64,000 nucleotides of DNA, taken from NCBI GenBank assembly GCA_000708835.1, contig DF237098.1, positions 54,133 through 118,132 of the forward strand. The letters run 5' to 3'. The notes beneath the pieces were generated by a model. The model was not told where the DNA came from and did not search any database. It saw only the letters and a program-made list of their open reading frames with translations. Origin of the DNA: Klebsormidium nitens. Its lineage: Eukaryota; Plantae; Klebsormidiophyceae. The translations under genes and the position numbers were made by a program. Below, in pieces: positions 50,563 to 61,200 of this stretch. Numbering within the stretch: the stretch's first letter is position 1; the number at the start of each line of letters is the position of its first letter.

Positions 50563-50836
50563 CAACGTGATGATTCCGAATAATTAAATAATTATCTGCA
50601 TTTGGAAAGTCAGAAATTCGGATTTCCCTTTCGGAAAGTGATAATTCGGAAAGGTAAAATAACTTTGAAATGGTCCTCAGAAGCCGTAAAACTGCCGAAA
50701 ACAGCCAAAAACTCCCCTTTTGAGTGAGACCATAGGGCATTCGGATTTTGGTCGGAATCAGCATAAATAATTCCACTTTCCTGGTCGGATTGTTGGAAAA
50801 TAATTCGAAATAAAATCGTTCGGAATCATCACGTTG
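50563..50836. mobile_element. MITE-like non-autonomous element, 274 bp, with 18-bp perfect terminal inverted repeats
   Basis: caacgtgatgattccgaa (50563-50580) and ttcggaatcatcacgttg (50819-50836) are exact reverse complements. The interior is AT-rich, non-coding and has repeated TTCGGA/GTCGGA motifs. No target-site duplication was identified. Confidence 0.7.
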
Positions 50837-52271
50837 AGCTACGGTAGTAGGCCGCTGTATGTACGACAATTGGCGGGCACATAGATTTCGATCTCTGACA
50901 GGTTTATAAGCTCTACGAAGACAGAGGTCAAGCCCGGAGAACGGGTGGGGTTGAGACGGTGGTTAACAGGGCCTGTTTGGCTGTGATGCCTGAGAAAGTT
51001 AAGGTCAATTGTTTGGGTTTGTCGTGCCCGGTATAATGACCACACCAGATTTGGAGCTTATACTACCTGATCAGAATTCGAGACTCGTCAGGAAAGGCTG
51101 CGTGTAGCCGGCGGAGATCGAGAAAGCGGCTTTTTCTCCCTGCATTTTTTTTAGCCGACCAAGAGACAGCTTCTACTTCAAGTTTGTGTGTTCCATGAAA
51201 GAACCTTCGCACCTGTATCGCGTGCAGGCGGCTGCATTGCTGCACACTCTGCGCGCACTGCGTGGACATGCGAGCTCTGAACAGCTAGCTTCCCAATGGA
51301 ATGGACAATGCTTGGATATGTTCGCAGCCAATGCAACTAGGTACCAGCAGCTAGACAAGCCTTTTCTCCTGCCAATCTTAGCAGCCAGACCTTCTTAGCT
51401 TCCTCCTAGCTTGCAGTTGGCATTCAGAGTTTGCAAGCGCCTGCGATAAACTCTCAAGACCAGCTGCAGCTGCCAGCAGCTGCAAAGCAAGCACACAAGT
51501 GCTCCATCTCACTTCGAACTCCGTGTGCAGCTGCCTTCCTTTGAAGGGGAGAACTACGGAGGTGCAACGGACCGTGAATTGATACAGGACTTGTGGGCTC
51601 AATGGTGGCAGCTATGCTGACAGTCTTCATTGGCGGCATTGCACAGACAAAGCAGATGGTTGGGAGCTGCCTCTGCTAACACAAACAGCATTCTAGCGAG
51701 CAAACTCGATCCTGTCGCGTACAGCCAGAACAAGCAATTGCACCGTTCCGCATGTCAAGGCTCAGAGTCACGATTTGCCTGCCAGAAGAACGAATCTGCC
51801 GTGTAACATTTTCAAGCTGTCGCAGAGGTAGTGCCCGGGTCCAAGGAAGATGCTACACTTGAGCTGAACACCAGATCCTCTTTCAGCGGTTGCAGCACGG
51901 CCCTTCGCATCTGTTGGTGTCCGGCGGTCAGTAGCTGAGCTCAAGTTTACCAATCAATTGAGTGGCCCCTTGTCCTCAGCGTCACGTTTGGAGCCCTCTT
52001 GAGCTCTGAATAATCAACATTGCATTTGAGCAGGAAATCGATCTATCTTACTCATCACCTCCCCAATGAGAGCTAGTCTGCGAGTTCCAGCTGATGAGCC
52101 GCACGTGCAAGACGGTATTTTCCACAAAAAAAAAAAAAAACCTCCCCAATGAGAGGAGGAGAATCAAAGAGAGCCCAAACACCTCACACCATGTCCGCCA
52201 TTGATTACTCTTGAAGCTCTCTAAACCCCTGCTAAACCTTGTCAAAACCAAGTCTCCCCATCCCCCCAAAA

Positions 52272-55200
52272 ATGGCCGCCCTCCGTCCTGATGGCACAAT
52301 GGCCCCCGCACAGGGTCGCAAACCACTCGTCCCAATCACCGAAACCCCTTCCCAGGGGGGTCCCGCAAACCTCGCAGCAGAAACCCCCTCCGCTAGCGAC
52401 GTCCAAGACCACTTCTCTCAAGAGATGCCAGATCGTCTGAGCAAGTACTATGAGCGGTCGCCAAGCCTGGCGCCGTCTTACTTCAAGAGGGGGGGAGTTC
52501 AAACGGGTTTGGGGGAGGTTAACGGTGGAGTTAGCGGAGATCCTGAGTACTATAGGAGCCTGGGCAAGGCGGCGCAAGCGGCGTTGATCCACCTGATCAT
52601 GAAGTATCATGAGGTGAGGTGCGGCTGCTGAACAGGGTTAAGAAGCTGGTTAAGGATGGAATGGAATTGTGAGTCTGGGAGTGCACTTGATGTGCCTGGT
52701 TGGCGTTTGGATCGACATGATCGATGGTTGTTCCAGGACCGACGCTCAAAATGTTGCTCAGACGACAGCTTCGATGCTAGAAACTATGACTTGGGTTGCT
52801 TACAGAAAGCCTGAGCGGCAAGATTGCTTACAGAAAGCCTGAGCGGCAACATGCGCCACAAAACCAACATTCAAACAAAGGGGCACAAGCCATGCAGGAG
52901 AGTGCACTTACAATAACCATGCATGCTTTACAGGAAACTTCTCGACTGCGCTCGCTGTTGAGAAACCCACCACAAGACCCTTTCACTCCTTTGATCAGCA
53001 AGCTGAAGGGAGGCTTCAACAGGTTTCACAATTGCCGGTGGTGTTCTCGGATGGGTCAGATCAAATTTTGTTTAGTTAGTAAGCGGCCAACGTCCAGCAC
53101 AGTCAATTTTGGCGAGAAGTTTGCGGGCCATCAAGTTTGGGAATGCATGCAGCGGTTCTAACCCCAAACCTAACCCCTTTTGCAGACCCTCCTTCAAAAA
53201 GGGCTGACGGCCGAGGCTGAGAAAATTTCGAGCTCTTTGAAGGCTCTGAGAGATGACCCTATCGGCGACGCAAATAAGGAACTTACGGGGATGGATCTCT
53301 TGATGAAGGACGGTCTTCTGCAATACATGCTCAAGATCGGACCCTTGTTGCCGACACTCCCCGCTCAGGTCCGTTCTCCTGCTTCTTGCCAAGCAGGCCC
53401 TTACTGCTCTTGGCGTCGCATTTGTCAACCCACTTTTCAGCTTTATGATGCGGTCCGCTATAACGATCTACCGAACGCCTTTGTATTCTCAATCAGAGGG
53501 CTCAATTTTAGGAACCAAGCTCCACCTATCGTACCATCAGAAGATCCACCCCCCGACTAAATGGCGCCAACAAGCCGCCGTTCAGGCCCGTGCCAAAAAG
53601 TTACGTTGAGATGCCTACAGCCGGTGACATGTTGTCAACAGTAAAGCTCCATTTCGTACCTAAGACATAAATGACGCCTAAAGGTCCTGTGTCAAATCGG
53701 CGTCTTTCAGTCGCTCACGACATAAATGGTGCTGTTTTGATGCCAAACAAGTGCGTCAATCGGCATCCATCTGGTGGGCACCTTTCTGGCCCATCAAGAG
53801 TACAAATCTTTCGGGGGGGTGAATTTCTGATGACCAGATCGCAAGTTTCATACATGAGGTTCTCTCTTGGCAACTGGGATTTGTGTGCATCAGTATTGAG
53901 ATGAGGGGAAGGAGACAAAAACGACGGATAATTGAGTACTTGTGTTTGGTGACATCAGGTTTTTTGGTTCTATGTCCTGGCAACCGTGGATATTCCCCCC
54001 ATCAATGGGACATGAGATTGGACGGTTATGCTGTAAAAAGACGAGTATGCTGAAAGCCGAGAAAATGAGGAGACTCTCGCAACACGCGCTCCGTGGCCGA
54101 CCCTTCTCTCTCTGTTTCTGTCCTTAAACTTATTATATTCGTTGTGAAGCTCCATTGCGTTTACCAGATAGAGGTGAGGAGCGAGTAAACAGAGGTGTGT
54201 CGGGCCCTTGAGACTGGCAAATGAAAAAGAATCTTTCTTCGTCACGGATCATATCCTTCAGCTGTTCAACGATAGGGACAAGTGAGAGCGGGTGATTAAG
54301 TTATGAGGAACTCCGCTCCACTGCTGCAACTCCGTTGGCCTTCTTCCCAAAACAGCAGATTATGTGATCTATCCAGTACAGTAGTCTCGATTTCATCTTG
54401 AGTGACGGTTATGTTTATTGTGGTCACGCCCCTGGGACGGGTCGAGCCCATAGTACGGTGGTTTGGATGAGTACTGGTGCGGAGCATGTTGACCTTGGGT
54501 TTAGGGTTGTCGTTTGCACTTCAATCGAGTCCGGGGAATTGATTCAACTAGCTCCACGTAGGCCTAACTCAACGTTCAAGACATACACTCATCAAACTTT
54601 CTCCCGCTAACCAGGTGGTCACCTTCAAGAACCTGAGCTACTCATCCAAGGTGACGTTCACAAAGGGGACGTACGAAACTGTCGGCACTCAGGTGGGCAG
54701 TAATTTCGACTCTGGCTACTTCTCCCCACTCGGTATGCGACTCGAAACCGTTTCCAACTATCAAGATGAGGTCTGAGCCGTCAAAGCGCAGCGCAGCCCT
54801 TTACTAGTCTTGTATCGACCTCTGGCGAGATGAATACTCCTTGGTTTCATTTTGGGCCCGGCCCATCTCCTAGTCTGTTTTGCAGTTCCATAGGTGTTCC
54901 AAAGGTGGCAATATGCAAAGTATTTCGCTCGACGAGCCCGGTTATGGGATTTCGATGATGTCAGCTAATGCTTCCGTATCAAAAACTGGCTTTCTCCGCC
55001 CATCCGTTATTCGTCTTTCATTGAAACCCTGAAACTGAGGTGATCAGATCGGCATCGTCGATAACGCTGATAGTTCATCCTACGTCTCCCCATGTCCCCA
55101 GGTAATTGGTCTCGGGACCCAGTTCGTCACGAAGAAGACCACAGGTGACGTGGACATCCTCAAAAACGTCACGGGCTACGTCATGCCCGGGACGATGACC

Positions 55201-58200
55201 CTCGTTCTGGGCGGGCCTGGCTCCGGCAAGTCGACTCTGCAAAGTCTGCTATCGGGGATGCCCCACAAGGACAAAACAACGACGATCAAGGGCGAGGTAC
55301 GCGGCTTCTCGGAAACTTTATTTTTGAGGATCTTGTTGAGGGCTTTTAGAGTCTATGTTTGCAGGTTCTAACATCATGACTTAGCGAATCCCGCTCTATG
55401 CACACACTGCTTGCGGGGATGCCACACAAAGATAAGGCGACCACGATAAAGGGCAAGGTAGGCAAAGGGAACTTCGGGAATTTGTTTGTGTTTTCGCTCC
55501 ACTTTTGCTTATCGGACCTCAAAAGTCCACATTTGCAGACCCTATGCTTAGGGCTTGAAAAAGAAGAAAGCACATCGCTGACAGCGCCGTATTCAACAGC
55601 CTTTCTGAATTCGCAATCCCGGGGACGCAAGCGGACTTCCGCTCTGTCTGCTTCACGAACATCTCATTCCCTTTAAGAACTAGAGCGATGTCATTCTGGC
55701 CCGCAGGCCCTGTCCCCTCCAAGCAAATCATCGGCGGCCCGTCTGAGAGCGGCGACTTCGCTAACCGGAAGCTCGCCGCTGCCCTGCTTCACTTGAGGAC
55801 GTCCTTTCTAGAAAGTGTATGGACACAAGAAAACAAGTAGTCGGAGGTTTGATTCTTGCAGGGTCCCTTGATGCGGAAGCACGTCGGTGGGGGTCCGTTC
55901 CAAGGTGCCAACTTCGACGTCCGAAAAGTCCCCCCTCTAGTGGAAAAGCAGGCCGTTCTATGAGCTTTTTGCAAGAACAGTTTGCAACTAAGAATGAAGC
56001 GGAGACTTTTTTTGCAGGTTTCTTACAACGGTAAGCATGTCACCAATCGCCCATCTTTAAGCTCTGACATTCCAATTCAGATTCCGTCGCTTATCCAATA
56101 GCCCGATCGGTTCACTCGTTTTCTTTACAAACTAGAGCGACGTCTTTTCTTCGCAGGTTCGGTACAACGGCAAGCACGTCATCGGCGGCCCGTCTGAGAG
56201 CGCCGGCTTCGCCGTCAGGAAACTCGCCGCGCTAGTTAAACAATCGGACGTCCATTTCGCGGCCTTGAGCGTGCGCGAGACGCTCGAGTTTGCGCGCAGT
56301 TGCACGCAAGTCTGGACCTTTGAGGAGATGTTCCGGCGCAGCCCCGAATTGCGGGAGGTTTTTGGCGCGGTCCTCGCGCAGGGGAAGGATCCGAAGCTGG
56401 AGAACGTGATCAACATTCTGGGTCTCAGGTAGGAAATCCAGCTTCCTTTTCTTTCGTGATCCTCTCCAAAATGTTTGTAGTCGGATATTTCAGGTTCCAG
56501 TTTTGCGTAGGGTTGGGGTCAAATGATCGACATTCTGGCCTCAGGTAGGGTCGCTGACTGTCTCTCCCTTTTTCCTTCTTTTCTGAGAAGTGTTTGAACA
56601 CTATGCATGTGTCTGGTTGTACTCCGCACAAATATGGGGTGCGAAGTGATCAGAATTCTGGGTCTCAGGTAGGAAAGACAGCTGTCTTTGTAATCTTCAG
56701 TTTTTCGTTGATTCTTAGTAAGACTGCGGAGTTGGAATAGCATCCGCCAAAATGTCATGCGCCCTGCGCCCGTACCCCTACTAACCACCAACTTAATCCC
56801 GTCCAGTCCCGTCCCGTCCCCCTGGTGCTCATCTCTATATACACATCATGCAGTGTAGACTTGCAGGCGGACCGAACAACTGTGAAACCATCGAGAATAG
56901 CAGCCCCAATCAAATGCTCTTCCTGAAACGGGAACTTTCTGGATGTCGCATGTGTGGTGAGTGTGTTGCCCTTTGTTGGAAACTAGGCAGCAGACCCCGT
57001 CCTGCAAAGACGTACAAATCACAAGCTAAGGCTTGCAGACTGTCCTTACCTTCAGAAATTTCTGCGTCGCCCTTTTCGCAAACTTCTGTTGACGTTTTCT
57101 ATTCAACTTTCAGGCGCGTTCTGAACATGCCGGTGGGCGGTCCAATGACTCCCCCCACGCTCACCGAAGACGAGCGGCGCCGCGTTTCCGCCGCGGAAAT
57201 GGTCGCCGGAACGTACGTCCTCCTCTTCCTAGACGCCTTTGCCACAGGGGTCGACGCGGCGACCGCATATGACATCGCGAGCGGGCTACGGGTTCTGGCC
57301 CGGGTTAGGCAGCTGGGAATCGTGGCGAACATCGTTAATCCGCCCCCGGAGGTTTTCGGGTTGTTTGATCGGGTTATACTGCTGGACCGGGGGAGGGTGG
57401 TTTACCAAGGGCCGAGGGCGGATGCGGTTCCTCACTTCGAGTCGCTCGGGTGAGGATTGTGCGTCTCTACTCCAAGTCTTTACATATCTCGGCATTTCAG
57501 CTTGGATACTTTGCACGTCAGGGGAGTAAATTCTTCTGCAAATGTTTACGAGTCACCATTTTCCGGTGATTTGAGACTTTGTTGTCCACGTATCTAGCGC
57601 GAATGGATCATGCAGGCGTCAGAAAAGCGTTGTTTAAGACCTCCTTGGCATGCTCAGGGTCCTGGACAGCGTCCCTGCTCGTCCTCGTTGCCCTTCTGAA
57701 CCGTCCCGGAAACCCCTTTTCATGTAATTAAACCCGATCTCTCAGATGATCAGTTTCCAGGGCGCTCAGCTAGTACTCTAGTACCGCTGACCTAAGCAAG
57801 GGCAACCATGTTCTCGACCTTGACCCAATCCTCAAATTGATCGAAGTTACTTCCTTCGGGCGGCTGTTTGGCCCCAGTGCTGACTCCAGACTAAACCCCT
57901 CCTGCAGGTACATCAAACCCGACTTCCTGGACATAACCGAGTTTCTCCAGGAGGTAACTTCCCCTGACGGTGCCCAGTGGTTGTCCCCCGGACACTCCCC
58001 TCTCGACCTCGGGGGGTTCGTTTCCGCCTATGAAGCTACCCCCCACTACGCCGACATTTTGCGGGTGGTTAACTCCGCCGATCCCCCTCACGTTCTCTCC
58101 GTCAAGGCCCCCAAACCGCTTGGGTTAAATCTCCTGGCTCGAAACGGCGTACCAGCAATCGCGCGGATCGAAGCGAGTAGTTCGCTGACGTCAGCGGAGC

Positions 58201-61200
58201 AGACGGTCCACTTCACCGGGGCCGTGAAGGAGGGTGACGTCATCACGGCGGTGTCTGCTCCCGAGGGGGGGCTGGTTTACCTGGCGGGGAAGGGGGGGGA
58301 AGCGAGCGTGGAGGAGCTCGAGGCGCGGCTTCACGAGGCGGCGGATCCAGTCCGGTTGCAACTAGAGCGGGCGACCCCAGAGGTGCGATTTGCTCATTCG
58401 CCTCGTTCCGGAGTTTCAAAAACAGAGGTCCCGGAGTCTGAGAGCGAAGACGTGGCGAGCTTGACATGATCTTGTTCACTTCTTCCGTCTTCGACGTGTG
58501 ACACTTTCACTTCCCACTATTTGTAGAGCAACGTCTCCTGATTTTGAGTGGCGTCATCGTTTCTTGCTTCAGTTGCGGTCAAGTGTAAGTAACTTCAGCT
58601 GACGTCACAGGTACTGCAAGATCATCGCAACATTTTGTGCGTGTCCGCAGGGAACTAGTTGCTTTCGGGTCTCTTACGTCACAGGAAGCGACGTGGGTCA
58701 ATCCAGACCCCACTTTGAAACCGATATTCTTTCTTTTGGTAGCGCTTTTTTTCTTCCCGTTCGCTTCCCTTCCGCTTGTTGCAGTTTCGGGCCCCCTCCA
58801 GATGTCGTAGCGCCTCCTCCCAGATGCATTTCTTAGTTGCCATTCTTCCAGTCTGACGTTTCCCGGATTGGTTCCTTCGCTTCTTCCTCTACCTCCGCCT
58901 TCTGTGCATTTAAAGGCAGCTCCAGTTCCGTTCCGACAGCGGCAGAGTGCGATTTCGTCAAGCGGAATTGGTTCTGCATAGATTCTTGCGTCTGTGTTGG
59001 TAGCGGCAAAGTCCGGTCCCTTCGGCGAGTTTCGTTTCGAACTTTCTTCGCGATTCTGGTTCCACTCCGGCAACGGCAAAGTCCGCTTTCGTTTTGCGGG
59101 GTTGGATTTTCTGCGCAGTTCCGGTTCCATCCTGGCAGCGGCAGATACCGTTTTCGTCCGGCGTCGTTCGTTTTACGCAAGTAATGACACTCAGATAAGC
59201 ATAATCTTGCCCTGAACCGACTTTTATCAAAGCCCTGATTCCCTTCATCCTTAAAAAGCCTTATACACCCTTAAAAGCCTTATACACCCTTAAAAGCCTT
59301 ATACACCCTTAAAAAGCCTTATGCATAACACCCAAAACCCAAAAAGTTGTTTCCTCTTCGTCGCAGCCTGACGACAAGGACATCATCAATGAGCAGTTCA
59401 CGCAGGAATATTCGCTGCCCTTTTGGGCGGAGTACCGTTTCCTGTTCGACCGGGCCTGGAAGGCGCAACTGCGCGGGAAGCTCCTGCTCTATTTCCGAGC
59501 GTTCCAGGTAGCACCCCACTTCTAGTAGTTCCTTCTTTGGTATGCCATCTATCTGATGGACCCCTCTGGAAGCTTTACACTTCTCGACAAGGTGGCCCTT
59601 TTCACTATCTTTCTGCGCATGCGCACAGTGCCAGAGTCCCTCTTCCGGGAGATAGTGTTCATCGACTCTAATAAATTATCCTTTCATACAAAGATCGGGA
59701 CGGTGGATCATTCCCTCCCGCTTTGGCTGCAATGCTCGTTGCAGGGTTGCAGCTTTCCTTACGGCGATGTTATTATAGAAGGTAATTCTTATGGATGTTA
59801 ACCAAAGTAGAAGTTTGTGTTCCTTTGGATCACACTCATTTGGCTTTGACTAGGGAGCTCTCTTCATCAGATTGGAAACAGTTTTCGTAGAAAACTGTTC
59901 AACCTGTTGCTCTTTACCTTGACGTCCTTCAGTATGGTATCTGCCTGACGCTTCCAAGAGCATATCTTCCGAAGTTTCAGGTTACCTTCATGTCCCATCC
60001 CGATACTCAACGCAACAAACCCTTTGCAATCGAACCGTCTCCTTACACCTTTCAAATTACGTTCATCTCCCTTCAAGTTTTTGCTGGAACCATATTCTGT
60101 CTACGGATCCGCCTTCACTTACATAACATTTTTCTGGGATTTGGTCACCTCTAACTACGTATCAACGGCTTTTCCCCAGGAATGATCCCAGCCCCTCTTT
60201 CAAAAGATTCGTTCTTATCGCTTTGCAGTTGAGCTTCATTTCCCTTCTGGTATCTCGACGGCTCCGGCGCTTCGCTTCAGTGAACCTCCTCGCTTCTTTT
60301 TTGATCAGATTCAGAGTAGAACTCATCTTCTGTTCAATGGTTTCTCTTACGTTTTAGATCACTTCTCTCTCTCTATTCAGATCACGTTCATCTCCCCTTT
60401 GTGGGGACCATCTTCTGGCAACTACGATTGCGCCGACTTCTCTCGCGAAAGAACCTCCTCGCTTCTATTTCCCACAGCTTCATTAGACATATCGAGTTCT
60501 GATCAAAGTCTTCTCTCACGAATCATTTTATTTCCTTCTCTTGTTTCAGAGCACGTTCCTCTCCCTTTTCGTGGGGACCATCTTCTGGCAACTCGACGAC
60601 TCCGCCGACTTCTCTCGCGATTGAACCTCCTCGCTTCTTTCTCCCACAGCTTCATTGAAAAAGTCAAGGTTCTGATCAAAGTCTTCTCTCTCGAATCATT
60701 TCATTTCCTTTTCTCGTTTCAGATCACGTTCATCTCCCTTTTCGTGGGGACCATCTTCTGGCAACTGAACGAGTCCGCCGACTTTGCCCATATGAACACG
60801 CGCCGCGGAGTCGGTTTCCTCTCCCTCATGTCAACTTTCCTGTGCAACGCCATCCAACTTCCCGGTCAACTGGCAGACCGGGCGGTTTTCTACAAGCAAC
60901 AGGGCGCCCGGTTCTACCGGCCCGGTTCGTACCTGCTCGCGAGCGTTGCGGCCAACTTCCCCTTCTCGTGCCTGGAGGTGCGGCCGGACATCCTTGGATC
61001 TTGGCTTTGGGGTTTTGTTAGCCTCTGAGGGTTTTCCAAATTCTTTATCTTGACGAAATATCAAAAGTGGATTCCTCGGAGGTACGGTGTGATTCCTAAA
61101 GCTGTAGCGTTGTGGACAACTCCCCCTTCTCGAGCTTCGAGGTATATCTCTTTGAATTGAGCGCAGCATGCGTTAGAAACAGAAACCTTCACCACAGAAA

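Noticed and set aside
51378-51602. EVRWST segment resembling the hAT transposase TRWNS motif
   Set aside because: A single weak motif in a short stop-bounded frame, with no other hAT motifs or matching TIRs.
56848-57113. 5' part of the 201-aa ORF as ABCG coding sequence
   Set aside because: Likely intron read-through; transporter homology starts at the acceptor near 57113.
58579-59248. Long overlapping ORFs on both strands
   Set aside because: They arise from an intronic degenerate repeat and have no domain content.
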